This document shows, one piece after another, positions 16,325 to 26,429 of a stretch of DNA of 32,712 nucleotides (positions are counted from its first letter, which is position 1; each line of letters begins with the position of its first letter). Below the pieces are notes generated by a model. It made no database searches and had not been told where the DNA came from. It saw only the letters and a program-made list of their open reading frames with translations. The position numbers were made by a program, and so were the translations under genes. Source of the stretch: a virus (lineage: Duplodnaviria > Caudoviricetes); IMG/VR virus record IMGVR_UViG_3300044845_000540, positions 1-32,712 of that record. One strand, written 5' to 3'.

Positions 16325-19300
16325 TATGCTGATTTTGATTGTTGATATTGTAGTGAAGATGTGATTAGGAAGCCATCTGGGTAACTTCCACCCGTAAACG
16401 TGATATTTATTCTATGCTCATCTGTATTTGTTGTCGTATCTATTCCAAATGTAAACACGTTTGAACCGATTGAACCTATTGTGCTTAGTGTAGTTATTGC
16501 ACTGGCTGTTGCGTTGCCACCTGTTTTGTCAAGTGTAAAGTGATGCAATGATGTTTCACTTAAACCTGTTGTATCTTTTATTGTCACATTCCAAAAGCAA
16601 CTCCAAAGTGTGTCATCAGGTAGATCTATATATTCACCAGCTACACCTTCGATATATAAATTTTGAGTTTCTCCCGATGTTAACACGGTTACCAAACGCT
16701 GTAGTACAAATGTTCCAAACTGTGCCCATCCATAATAAGTTGTAGCTGGATCACCACCACGATAACCACCTCCAACGTGTAATCCAGGTACATTTACTTC
16801 TACATTTTTGCCTAAAACATTGCTATTTATATTCGCTTTTGTTATTTTTAAATCAGTTCCAACGGCTAATAAATTACTATTCGGGGATTCAATTAACACA
16901 TTGCCACCTTGAATAATAGAATTATTGATTGATGCATTACGTAATTGTGCAATGCTCATTTGAGAATTAAGAATTGCTGTTGATTGCGCAACCAATGAAT
17001 TTCTAAACTGACCACCATTGTTAAATGCCCAACACACACCATTGATCTCATCCCAAAAATATCCATAGCGTGAACAGCAATCTTCATTTGGTTCTACTAC
17101 TTCACCTCCACTTTCAAATTCTACTTCGCCATTTGTGGTAACACCTACAGGTGTGGATGAACAGTCATTGATTTGATCAAGGAATTTGATAAGCTTAACT
17201 TTTGTGCTTTCTTGCAATCCTACTTTATAGTCGCTGATTTCGAGAATTCGCCAATAGCTGTCCTGAATCCAAATCTTATCAGCAAACGAAAAGGTCAATA
17301 TATCCTTAAGATCAAGCGCAAAGAATGCTTCCATTATTCTACCTTCAGGAGAATAAATTTCATTCATGTAATTGCGCCAATACGTATTAAATAAATTGTT
17401 GTAAGGATTTGTATTAACAGTAACAACATGTGGAGGTACTTCAGGTGCCCAATTTAAATCATAATCGTCAAAATTTGGGTAAGCATCACTATAATGATTT
17501 AGTATCGGGACTAATATAGTCGATGATCCATTACCTGTTACTTCATTGTATAGATTCACATTTACAATTCCAGCATAAAACAAAGCTCGAGGACCAGGTA
17601 CAACAAATTCTAATTGATCATTATAAAAGCATTGAATTGGTGAAGCAGTACCAGGTATTATTGCGGCAGGTGAACTACGTGTTACAAGTTGAACCTTTTG
17701 TTCGCCTATTGCAAAGTCACTTGGCGCAGTTGATGGATTGATAGTATAGCCTTCCTGTTTGAAGTCACCATATACACGATTTGCATCTCGATATAGTTTA
17801 CTGTAGGCGTCTTCACCAGATGTATAAGTAAATTGAAAGGTTGCTTTTTGAATATCAACAGTACTTGCTATAACAACGTCTTTTGATATGTCTAATTTGC
17901 TTGTCCAGTCTACTACATCACCTGTACCGATGTAATTGTTTTGTGGCACGATTGCGATTTGATTTGGAACAACGCGACTAGGTATGATTGCGCAGTTGTG
18001 CATCTTAATCACATCGTTTACAAAATCAATTTGTCGCATATCTGGTGCATTTGCTGGATAGTTAATTGTTTGACCAGCGTCTAGCGAAACGTTTGTTAAA
18101 GCAATATAGGAATTATCTAAATTTCCTGTACTAGTTGCAACTTGTAAAGTGGCAGTTCCAACTATTGATTCAGTGCCGTTACCAAATAAAAGAAATGATA
18201 CTGGTTGAAACTCAAAATATACAATATCACCTATTTCTAAATAAACACTGTTTGTAAAAGAAAAAGCAGTAATAGCGCCAGGTACATTATTTACATTAGG
18301 TGTGGAAATAACAGTACGGACTCCATTTTTATTGATTGCTATATTAACGCGTACGTCATTTACTGGATTAAATTGAGCTGTTACCTGAAATCTAAATTGT
18401 CCAGCAAATGTATATGTGCCAGCCGCTGAAGCTGTATATGTTCCGCTTGCCGCGTTAAAATCTCCGTTATTATCAAATAGTTGGCTTAATGCATTATATG
18501 TAACATATGGACCGTAACCAACACCTGGATTTGGATCTGTACTAAATACAAATGGAGTAGCATTATAGGCACGAAAAAAATATTGATTTACATCACCATC
18601 AATCCAAAGTTGTGGTTTATTGCAAAAAGGCATCCAATAATCATTAAGGATATTTTCAAGTGAAGATGCAACAAGATCGAATCCCGCTTCTCTAACGATG
18701 TTGCGTAACAAAAACCACCAGTTAATAGCGGGTGTCAAATCAGCTGGGTAAACTGGTGAATTTTGGTTGCGAATAGGTCGAGAACCAGCGCTTCCATCAT
18801 TGCTCCATCTTTGTCCTCTGTCACATAATGTCCAAATACGGTCTGCTGTTTCTGTTATTACGTTTGCATAAGTAACAGCTTCATTCAAATCAGCAAGAGC
18901 AGCAATATCACTTAGCTTCTTTTCACCAATAGTTCTAACAAGATCAGGTGTTTCAGCATAGAAGGCTACTTCTACTTCATTGATGCGATTCATTTGCTTG
19001 TACACTTTGCGTACACGCAGATAACCGGTTGCAATCGGTAGCGTATCTACACGAATCTCAGCAGGCAGTTTGTAGAAGAAATAGTTTTCCGCACCCTGTT
19101 CCGAATTGGTATCGAATAATGGACCAATAGCTTTGATGTTGTTATCGGACATCGGAATGCGAAACTCGCGACTGAATGCACCCTGCGCTGTAAAATTGGA
19201 TAAGTCCTGAAACTTCCAGTTCTGTGAGATGCTTTCATTTTCGAATAAGTCTAAGTAGTAATCACCAATTGCACCTAAAATAAAATAACCACCGGCCGCG

Positions 19301-19581
19301 GCAGAATAATCTTGCGCCCAAGTGCCCGTAAAGTTTAATCGCGTTTGACCTGGTACAGGAGAATCTAATACAGGTGGTGAGTTAAGTGTTTTAACAACAC
19401 TTTGTCCCGCAGCGTTTTTAATAGTTAAAACATCACCAGTATTCAAAGCCGTAACATCAGAAGAAGTGTTTACGATTAAACGAGATAATGCTGTAATGCC
19501 TACATAAGTAGGATCATTGCTAATGCTGTTAATTCTAACGGTAGAATCATTTGTTACTATTAGTTGTACTTCTCCGTTCAT
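16324..19581 (-). CDS. Large tail tip/baseplate hub protein
   Basis: YLDLFENESIS..FSREFRIP..N, VDWTSKLD, NLFNTYW; 1085 aa, beta-rich. Confidence 0.72.
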   Translation of the reverse strand: MNGEVQLIVTNDSTVRINSISNDPTYVGITALSRLIVNTSSDVTALNTGDVLTIKNAAGQSVVKTLNSPPVLDSPVPGQTRLNFTGTWAQDYSAAAGGYFILGAIGDYYLDLFENESISQNWKFQDLSNFTAQGAFSREFRIPMSDNNIKAIGPLFDTNSEQGAENYFFYKLPAEIRVDTLPIATGYLRVRKVYKQMNRINEVEVAFYAETPDLVRTIGEKKLSDIAALADLNEAVTYANVITETADRIWTLCDRGQRWSNDGSAGSRPIRNQNSPVYPADLTPAINWWFLLRNIVREAGFDLVASSLENILNDYWMPFCNKPQLWIDGDVNQYFFRAYNATPFVFSTDPNPGVGYGPYVTYNALSQLFDNNGDFNAASGTYTASAAGTYTFAGQFRFQVTAQFNPVNDVRVNIAINKNGVRTVISTPNVNNVPGAITAFSFTNSVYLEIGDIVYFEFQPVSFLLFGNGTESIVGTATLQVATSTGNLDNSYIALTNVSLDAGQTINYPANAPDMRQIDFVNDVIKMHNCAIIPSRVVPNQIAIVPQNNYIGTGDVVDWTSKLDISKDVVIASTVDIQKATFQFTYTSGEDAYSKLYRDANRVYGDFKQEGYTINPSTAPSDFAIGEQKVQLVTRSSPAAIIPGTASPIQCFYNDQLEFVVPGPRALFYAGIVNVNLYNEVTGNGSSTILVPILNHYSDAYPNFDDYDLNWAPEVPPHVVTVNTNPYNNLFNTYWRNYMNEIYSPEGRIMEAFFALDLKDILTFSFADKIWIQDSYWRILEISDYKVGLQESTKVKLIKFLDQINDCSSTPVGVTTNGEVEFESGGEVVEPNEDCCSRYGYFWDEINGVCWAFNNGGQFRNSLVAQSTAILNSQMSIAQLRNASINNSIIQGGNVLIESPNSNLLAVGTDLKITKANINSNVLGKNVEVNVPGLHVGGGYRGGDPATTYYGWAQFGTFVLQRLVTVLTSGETQNLYIEGVAGEYIDLPDDTLWSCFWNVTIKDTTGLSETSLHHFTLDKTGGNATASAITTLSTIGSIGSNVFTFGIDTTTNTDEHRINITFTGGSYPDGFLITSSLQYQQSKSA

Positions 19582-19582
19582 G

Positions 19583-20887
19583 TTATGTCCAGTATTCGTT
19601 TGCCATTCTTACTTTCAAAGACAGGTTGTACAACTTGCCGTCACGCGTTTTGCGTTCGGTGTATGTAGTATCGTCTAAGTTTACGGGTAATGCAATGTTG
19701 TTACCACTAAAATCAGTGGTAAGCCACACAACTTGATTGCTAACTAACAATGATCTCAAGAATAAAAATTCACCTTCTTGAATGTAGTCACTTGTAACTG
19801 TTAGCACTTGTTGCACTAAGTTTCTACGCTCATATAAGCCTCTGTCATCTTTATTAAACACGCTGGTTGTACTATTAAACAACACCTTGCGATACTTCTT
19901 TCGCTCAATCTCATCATTCATTTCGGACTTCTTGATGAAGTTGAAGTAGTCCCAACCACCACGACTGTTAACCCAACCTAATCTAATTTTATCGTGTTGG
20001 CAATCTTTTTGACCATAATAAGCCGCATTGTAGAATCTGTATTTAGCGCTTCTTTGGGTGTTACCTTCACGTAGCCATACTTCGTAATATCTCCAACCTG
20101 CATTATTATTTTCATTAGGTTCAATAGGCAATCCTGTCCAATCATTAAGATTACCAGGATAAACAGGTAATGCTTCAATGTCGTAACCTGATAAACTAAT
20201 GGTTGATGTAATTGTATTACCGTTTGCCTTATACATCACTATGCGCATGTTATCAATTACATTATCGTACATATATGCTGCATTACCAGGTATGCTCAAC
20301 GTGCCGTAATCATTTTCAAAAGAAGGTATCCATACTACTCCAGCGTTAGTTGGATCACCAGCATTCCACGTGTTTGATAGACGGCAAGAATGAGTCGTGA
20401 TCAGTCTATCACTCATAGCGTAATTGGCACTAAACTGCAAAACGTATTTAATGCGATCATTACCTATTTCAGGATTTGGCTTGTATCCATCAAACACCTG
20501 ATAGTAACCATTGATGACAACGCGCCCACTCATAGTTACTTCGCTACCTTCATTCTCTGTTAAAACAAGTCCCTGACCTGGTACATTAACTAACCACCAT
20601 TCAGTTATTGCTGCACTCAACGCGTACTTGCTCAAGTCATCTACAGTGTTATCAGTAGCAAAGTGATGTTGTTGGTTTCGAAGATCATCTACTAGTGGTG
20701 AAATATCAAAGTACATATTTCCATCTGGAGCAGGTGTCAAATAAAATTGATACGTTTTAGCATCTACTGTAATCACTAAGCCATACCTAAAACCAAGTTG
20801 TGCCGTTTCGGTACTTGATGCAATCAGCATAATCTTTTGACCACGAACTACCCAATTAAAAGGTTCATCTATGATTGTTAAAGCCAT
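19583..20887 (-). CDS. Distal tail-like structural protein
   Basis: C-terminal WVNSRGGWDYFNF...L..S..V pattern; position in the tail module. Confidence 0.65.
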   Translation of the reverse strand: MALTIIDEPFNWVVRGQKIMLIASSTETAQLGFRYGLVITVDAKTYQFYLTPAPDGNMYFDISPLVDDLRNQQHHFATDNTVDDLSKYALSAAITEWWLVNVPGQGLVLTENEGSEVTMSGRVVINGYYQVFDGYKPNPEIGNDRIKYVLQFSANYAMSDRLITTHSCRLSNTWNAGDPTNAGVVWIPSFENDYGTLSIPGNAAYMYDNVIDNMRIVMYKANGNTITSTISLSGYDIEALPVYPGNLNDWTGLPIEPNENNNAGWRYYEVWLREGNTQRSAKYRFYNAAYYGQKDCQHDKIRLGWVNSRGGWDYFNFIKKSEMNDEIERKKYRKVLFNSTTSVFNKDDRGLYERRNLVQQVLTVTSDYIQEGEFLFLRSLLVSNQVVWLTTDFSGNNIALPVNLDDTTYTERKTRDGKLYNLSLKVRMANEYWT

Positions 20888-21418
20888 CTATCTTTTGTTT
20901 AATAGTAATCTTTGTTCAATATCTTTCACGTAGGCATTCATTAGCCTATCCTTATATTCATCCCATGTATCATCTATGGCTTCACCATAATAGTTGATCC
21001 CTTGGATCCCTCTTTCACCTATACTAATTGCTATTCGTCTAGCAGCTGATCTTAAAGCCGTTTCCGTCGTTTTAATAAATTGCCCTTGATTATTTCTTAA
21101 TCTTAATCTCTTTACTAATAACCATTTGTATATTTCTTCAATTGGTGGTCTTTTGTTTGGTTGTCCTGGATATGGTTTTCTACCAAATTCAATTACGTCA
21201 GCATATTTACCAGCTTGATCGTTGTCTACAGTAAAGTCAATAGTAGCCTTTCCATATCTCATCCGTATTTTGTAAACCAATGAATTATGCAACTTTCCTG
21301 AAGCATAACGATTGACTACTTTGCCACGTACTCTACGTTTAATACGCAGATTTGATTGTGCTCTTTCAACAACTTTAGCTGCATATTCATTTAGTATTTG
21401 ATCAAACTCACTTGCCAT
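20888..21418 (-). CDS. Tail completion/neck protein (HK97 gp10-like)
   Basis: ASGKLHNSL, YADVIEFGRKP, RPP...W, I.ERGI; basic. Confidence 0.65.
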   Translation of the reverse strand: MASEFDQILNEYAAKVVERAQSNLRIKRRVRGKVVNRYASGKLHNSLVYKIRMRYGKATIDFTVDNDQAGKYADVIEFGRKPYPGQPNKRPPIEEIYKWLLVKRLRLRNNQGQFIKTTETALRSAARRIAISIGERGIQGINYYGEAIDDTWDEYKDRLMNAYVKDIEQRLLLNKR

Positions 21419-23934
21419 TATACTACTTCTTCATATTCTACGATTGAACCTGCTTTGATTGACAATGCTCCATTGACAGTTGCAATAACACTCATGCTTA
21501 CCGTTCCACTTGCCGTTGCTATGTAGATACCATCAGCGCTGGCTATACGTTGCGTAGTAGACATCGACACAGCCGAACCTGTATTGTTAGCCGAACCATT
21601 GTTAATCGTATTGGTTGTACCACCCGTTCCGATTGTAAAACGATAAATCGTTGTACCTGTTGGTCCATTGGTGCTGAGCATTCCGTTAGTTGTAGCTGTG
21701 GCAACAATAATCAGCGTTGCACGCCACTTGTATGTTTTACCTGCGCTTACTGCAAATGATAAACCTGTGATGTTTTGGTAAGCCGTTCCACTTGTAACAT
21801 AATCACTTGTTAGTGCAGCATACCCACCTACACCAATATCTGCCTTTAATTCCAAAAGTGTTAAAGCAGAAACAGTGTTATCGGCATTAATACGCAAATA
21901 ACGAACATCACTTGGATTCGGTAGCGTTGCAAGGTTAGTTCCAACCGTAGTTAATCCGATGCTGTCCTGTTTACCATTAAATGTTGACCAATCTGTGCTG
22001 CTCAATGCACCGCGATTCGTTGCAGATGCAGTTGGTAAATCAAATGTGTGTGTGCTGCCTGCACTTGTGATGGCAAAGTCAGTTCCTGCTGTGCCTACTG
22101 CGAAGTTTTGCGTGCTTTCAGTTAAGCCATTAAGTGAAGAAAGTCCGATTGCGTAGGTGGTATGCACTTCACCAATCTTATTACTTTCCGTATATAGGGT
22201 AACAGTCTTACCATTCGTGTTTTGAATATCGAATTCAATGTGTACTCGGTCGGTTGCTGCTGTAACTGTATTAGGAACTGAAATCGTGAAGGTGTACAAA
22301 TCAGGAACGTTGCCATTAGTTATTTCTTCCATTGTGGAAGTAGCAATCAATGTGAAAGTGCTTCCGTTATACGTGTAAAGCTTTGCAAGTATTTGAGCAT
22401 GATTTGAACCACCACCTGTTTCACTTAAATACACATCGATAGTCCATACACCTGAAGGAATGAGGACGTGGTTTGGTTCGCCCACATCCGTTATGAACCG
22501 GGCAATCGCACCTGTTGTTGCACGTGTAAAGTTAGCTGCTGGTCCTGTGTTGGCTGCTGTGCCTAATTCATAGTAAGCGTTTCCACCAATTGTGCCTTGC
22601 GAAACGTTACCATTGAAATACAACACTTGCCCACCACCACCACCTGTCGAAGGTAGCGTGCGAAGTGCACCTGTGCCATCGATGTATTGATCACTTGTAC
22701 CATTTGCCGCAACGGCAAGTGTGCCTGAAGTTGTAACAGGTGAATTACTTACACTAAATGCAGGATTTGTTGGTGCTGGCATTGTAAGACCAACTGAAGT
22801 AACTGAACCACCTGAAGCAGGTGTAACAGCTTCCCAATCGCCTGATGTGCTATTGTAGCTTAGCACCTGCCCATTCGAAGGTGTTGGTGCGTTTACATCG
22901 GCTAAATCGTCAAGGTTGGTTGGTATGTTTGGCTGATTGATTAAATCGTTGTAATCGCCTGTAGTGGCAACTGTAGCAAGTGTTGGCTTGTTAAGTATCT
23001 GCGCAATACCACTCACAGCATTCCAATCACTATTGACTTGCGCTGCAGGAATGGTTGGTTTGTTTAGTATTTGATAGTCACCACTTGTTGCGTTCCAATC
23101 AACAGGCGTTTGACGTAAACGATAACCAACTGCTACTAATGTCCAATATGTCGGGTTAGTTGGGTTGATTGCATCATTATTGGCAATGCATCTGTAAACG
23201 CTGCCATTGTACCAAACGCGATCACCAATTTGATAAGGATTACCTGTTGCTGTAGTATGGTTAGCATTCCACTCAGTGCTCACGTATTCTCCACTACCAC
23301 CACCACCTGTAGAATCAATTTGAACACGACCATCACCAAGATCTGTAATAGTAATGTTTGTGCCTTCGACTAAATCAAGGATATTTTGTACTGCGTTATC
23401 TACGCCATTCGTGCGAAGTGTCAATCCATAACCTGTTCCGCTACCACCACTTGATGTTCCACCAACTGTCCACACGGCAGGTATATCACATGCTGACCAG
23501 TCCCATGGTACTTCTAATTGAATAGTGAAAGCTACACCGGTTATAGTGTTTTTGTACTCCTCAATGAATGGTTCAAATGTAGGATTGTTTACCATCTGAA
23601 CATCGAAACCAAAAAGCTGCAATCCATTGCGTACCTCAGCAATTAAGTCTTGTCCTAATCTAACGCAATCACTGATTACTTCACGTTGATATTCTGCCTT
23701 ATATTCTTTGTCACGTGGAATATCGGCAAACATGATCATAAAGCCAAACTGCATTCCACCTTGAACAGGAGTGATAGTATCTGGTGTTACGTGCATGAAT
23801 GGGTATTGATCATCTTGCAACTGATCTGCAAGGTCAATCTGCCCATGTGTGAATCGTTTAATCAAAAAGTGACCAGCAGCAAAAGCTTCAAGTCGATTGA
23901 TAAGTACGTTATAGCTATAATTGTAACTTGTCAT
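21418..23934 (-). CDS. Tail-terminator-like domain fused to a fibre with a CBM5/12-like module
   Basis: N-terminal ~150 aa (YPFMHV..PF.E.....G...CDIP); YQIGDRVWYNGSVYRC..P....W; DWNA.SG..QILNKP repeats; T/G/S-rich C-terminus. Confidence 0.65.
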   Translation of the reverse strand: MTSYNYSYNVLINRLEAFAAGHFLIKRFTHGQIDLADQLQDDQYPFMHVTPDTITPVQGGMQFGFMIMFADIPRDKEYKAEYQREVISDCVRLGQDLIAEVRNGLQLFGFDVQMVNNPTFEPFIEEYKNTITGVAFTIQLEVPWDWSACDIPAVWTVGGTSSGGSGTGYGLTLRTNGVDNAVQNILDLVEGTNITITDLGDGRVQIDSTGGGGSGEYVSTEWNANHTTATGNPYQIGDRVWYNGSVYRCIANNDAINPTNPTYWTLVAVGYRLRQTPVDWNATSGDYQILNKPTIPAAQVNSDWNAVSGIAQILNKPTLATVATTGDYNDLINQPNIPTNLDDLADVNAPTPSNGQVLSYNSTSGDWEAVTPASGGSVTSVGLTMPAPTNPAFSVSNSPVTTSGTLAVAANGTSDQYIDGTGALRTLPSTGGGGGQVLYFNGNVSQGTIGGNAYYELGTAANTGPAANFTRATTGAIARFITDVGEPNHVLIPSGVWTIDVYLSETGGGSNHAQILAKLYTYNGSTFTLIATSTMEEITNGNVPDLYTFTISVPNTVTAATDRVHIEFDIQNTNGKTVTLYTESNKIGEVHTTYAIGLSSLNGLTESTQNFAVGTAGTDFAITSAGSTHTFDLPTASATNRGALSSTDWSTFNGKQDSIGLTTVGTNLATLPNPSDVRYLRINADNTVSALTLLELKADIGVGGYAALTSDYVTSGTAYQNITGLSFAVSAGKTYKWRATLIIVATATTNGMLSTNGPTGTTIYRFTIGTGGTTNTINNGSANNTGSAVSMSTTQRIASADGIYIATASGTVSMSVIATVNGALSIKAGSIVEYEEVV

Positions 23935-24207
23935 CTATTCCTTTTTTTCATTTCCATTTTCTGCACGTACACGTAGTCTGCTAAGTACGTTAAGTGTGTG
24001 AACACTTCATAACAACTTCTCTCCGTAACAGCGTCGAACTTAGTAATATCTCTATCTGCTAAGCTTTCAATAATATGAAACCAACCATAAACACCTAAGC
24101 CGTCTGGGGTTGCTGTTCCTTCATCTCCTTCACTATCTCCGTTATCTCCTTGGCCAAATAAACGAGGGAATCGTTGTACAGTTCTAGTTCTAAAGTCGAA
24201 AAAAAAA
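23931..24207 (-). CDS. -1 frameshift extension of the tail assembly chaperone (gpGT-like)
   Basis: Open -1 frame after T9 reads FDFRTRTVQRFPRLF...YGWFHIIESLADRDITKFDAVT...KKRNR; its stop overlaps the next ATG. Confidence 0.8.
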
Positions 24208-24697
24208 GCAATGTATTTAACACGTGATCTAATGTTAGTTCACTTATTGCGTTTTCGTACTTCCTTTTGTCATTAGTCTTATATGCTTCAATGTCATAAT
24301 ACTTACCAAACTTTGCAACAATAGGTCTATATAGTATTGACATCATTTTGTGAGCAGCTTCACCCATGATAGTTCCATCTTTATAGATATTGGTACAAGT
24401 CGTGTCCAAATCTACATATTCACCAAATGACATAGCACTCAGATCAGGAATAAATCCTAATTCATATGTACCAACACGTACTGTTCTTTCAAAATCTTGA
24501 CTGGTTAGTCTTATAGCGGCTTCAAACTGCTCAATAATCTCATCAATGACATGTAACTGTAACAATCTAATGCTTTCAGTACTTTTACCAGTGATAACCC
24601 TTACTTTTTCTATGTTATCAACAGCGTTTTGATAGTCGATGTACTTGCCAAGTGTAATACCTTTTGCGTTGGCAGCTATCTCAAAATTGAGTTTCAT
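24095..24697 (-). CDS. Tail assembly chaperone, short form
   Basis: ITLGKY, GFIPDL..MSFGEYVDLD, M.ILYRP; slippery T9 at LLFF. Confidence 0.75.
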   Translation of the reverse strand: MKLNFEIAANAKGITLGKYIDYQNAVDNIEKVRVITGKSTESIRLLQLHVIDEIIEQFEAAIRLTSQDFERTVRVGTYELGFIPDLSAMSFGEYVDLDTTCTNIYKDGTIMGEAAHKMMSILYRPIVAKFGKYYDIEAYKTNDKRKYENAISELTLDHVLNTLLFFSTLELELYNDSLVYLAKEITEIVKEMKEQQPQTA

Positions 24698-24728
24698 CTA
24701 TTAGTATGTAGAATTTATGAGTTTTTTG

Positions 24729-25019
24729 TTACAAGTCTGGATGGACTTGAATAATTACTGGTGATTTTTCATCACCCGAGTGAGTTATACGGGCTTGTTT
24801 TGGTTTGAAGTATTCCAATACATCTAAAGCCAAAGAAGATGCCTTAAACTTAAGATCTTCATCTCTAGAATCCATACACTCATCTATAAATGTAGCAACC
24901 TTAGGCAAGGCTCTTGCCACAAACTCTCGACCAAACTCTTCCCATTCTAATGTTTTTTTATTCAAAGTCCCAAGTGGTCTACCATTAGGATTGTTAGTCA
25001 TTCCTTTTTGAAGTCCCAT
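24729..25019 (-). CDS. terS: Terminase small subunit-like protein
   Basis: KGMTNNPNGRP.G..NK N-terminus and LEYFKPK. Confidence 0.7.
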   Translation of the reverse strand: MGLQKGMTNNPNGRPLGTLNKKTLEWEEFGREFVARALPKVATFIDECMDSRDEDLKFKASSLALDVLEYFKPKQARITHSGDEKSPVIIQVHPDL

Positions 25020-25043
25020 ATTTGTTATTTTGATGTTTACAAG

Positions 25044-25184
25044 TTATTTTTCTTTGTACTGAGCTATGCATACAGCTAAACGTTGTTGCGAGTCAGGAAA
25101 TTCACTTTGTGTTTTTGAATCACTCATGCATCTAGCTATAAATTCGTTCTTTGATTCTTTTGCTGTTGGTGTTGGTAATGGCAT
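25044..25184 (-). CDS. Small conserved phage protein (46 aa, MPLPTPTAKESKNEFIARCMSD...QRLAVC)
   Basis: Translated by hand; P.P...E...FI.RCM..QR.AVC pattern recalled from phage head modules. Confidence 0.7.
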   Translation of the reverse strand: MPLPTPTAKESKNEFIARCMSDSKTQSEFPDSQQRLAVCIAQYKEK

Positions 25185-25188
25185 ATTG

Positions 25189-25638
25189 TTATGGTTTATC
25201 TATTTTGCTTAATTGTCTATAGAATTCGTTGATTAGATCACGTACACAAGAGGCACATGTACTAGGGCGCTCATGCTTTTTCGTTATTTTACTGTACCAT
25301 TGGTATAGTATTTTCAAGTCTTCTGATTCTATTCTGTTAGTCTTATTTATGCGTTGAATAAATGCATCAAGTTCTGCTATTTCTTTTGGTTGCATATCTT
25401 GAGCAAACCATTTGTGTGCTGGGCATGATGCAAAGCGGAACTTTGTTTTCACATCCATGAAGCAACCACATAGTTTGATCTTTTCTTTGTAATAGGTAAC
25501 ATCATTTTCTTCAGCGTTGATGTTATTGCCTACTATAGGTGTACCACATGTGCCAAATGTAGCATTGTAGAACTTGCATTTTTTACAAATGCTTAATCTT
25601 TCTCTCTGGATTTGCGATCGAACGTTGAAGTTTAACAT
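25189..25638 (-). CDS. Cys-rich putative Zn-binding protein
   Basis: RLSICKKC, CGCFMDVK, SCP..KW and TCASC motifs. Confidence 0.75.
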   Translation of the reverse strand: MLNFNVRSQIQRERLSICKKCKFYNATFGTCGTPIVGNNINAEENDVTYYKEKIKLCGCFMDVKTKFRFASCPAHKWFAQDMQPKEIAELDAFIQRINKTNRIESEDLKILYQWYSKITKKHERPSTCASCVRDLINEFYRQLSKIDKP

Positions 25639-26143
25639 ATTCTCTTATTCGTTTTAATGCTCTATGTATGCTAATTCGTAGATAGTTGTATGGTATACCT
25701 GTTTCTGCGCTTAATTGTTGGTAATTGAAATCTGGTTTCGAGTATAGACGCAAAAGGATTGCATCAAATTCGTTTAAACGCCCGATTGCGTTGTATAGAT
25801 ATTCACCATCTATAAATGCACCGATCCAAGTTTCATCTGTTGATTCTAATTGTTTTGTTGGTTGTTCTACTACAATATATTTTTTATATAGGGCATGGTA
25901 ATCACTTGATGAACTATACCATGATAGCCACATTGATCTGCTTATGTATCCATTTAGGTTTCCTTCGTTGTAAATGTGTAATTGCTTGTCTTTATTTTTA
26001 TTGAGAAATCTAATTAAAACAGTATGCAATAACTCTTCTGAACGTACTTTGTCTTTAGTTAGAAACATAGCTTTTTTTAACCACTCTTGATAGTTATCAT
26101 TTATAAATTCATTGAGTGATTTTTTATTCGCATTTTGTTTCAT
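25583..26143 (-). CDS. ECF-like sigma-70 family factor (putative late transcription activator)
   Basis: Probable start MKQNANKK at 26143; region 2-like SEELLHTV; region 4 HTH NYQQLSAETGIPYNYLRISIHRA. Confidence 0.7.
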   Translation of the reverse strand: MKQNANKKSLNEFINDNYQEWLKKAMFLTKDKVRSEELLHTVLIRFLNKNKDKQLHIYNEGNLNGYISRSMWLSWYSSSSDYHALYKKYIVVEQPTKQLESTDETWIGAFIDGEYLYNAIGRLNEFDAILLRLYSKPDFNYQQLSAETGIPYNYLRISIHRALKRIREYVKLQRSIANPERKIKHL

Positions 26144-26158
26144 TTGAAAAAAAATACA

Positions 26159-26174
26159 TATATTTGCAAATATA
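26159..26174. promoter_or_regulatory. Palindromic pair of overlapping opposed promoters TATATTTGCAAATATA
   Basis: Perfect 16-bp palindrome equal to TAnnTTTG on both strands, located at the strand switch. Confidence 0.75.
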
Positions 26175-26183
26175 CATTTTTTT

Positions 26184-26429
26184 ATGAAGCCGTTTGCAAA
26201 AATTATTTTATCAAAGTCAAAAAACATTAGTGAGTTCACGAGAACTTTAAAGTCAAAGGGCATTAAGGTTACTTATCGTACAGTTCAAAATTGGATTGAT
26301 GATCCTTCCAAAATTCAAAGTAAAAACATACCTGTGATTTTGGATGTTTTGCAAATTCAAGCAAATGATTTTTTATCCATTGTAAAGTATGACCAGAAAT
26401 GCGTTCATGATATTTCATCACAAGAGTAA
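26184..26429 (+). CDS. Cro/XRE-like HTH regulator
   Basis: ISEFTRTL...VTYRTVQNW HTH-like; first gene of the rightward arm. Confidence 0.65.
   Translation: MKPFAKIILSKSKNISEFTRTLKSKGIKVTYRTVQNWIDDPSKIQSKNIPVILDVLQIQANDFLSIVKYDQKCVHDISSQE

Noticed and set aside
8646-23976. Plus-strand ORFs in the track across the structural arm (e.g. 8646..9191, 12372..12635, 15817..16047)
   Set aside because: Antisense shadows of well-supported minus-strand genes, with no motifs or leaders
26144-26263. Longer N-terminus for the sigma-like ORF
   Set aside because: It overlaps the opposite-strand HTH gene and the promoter palindrome; the ATG at 26143 is more plausible
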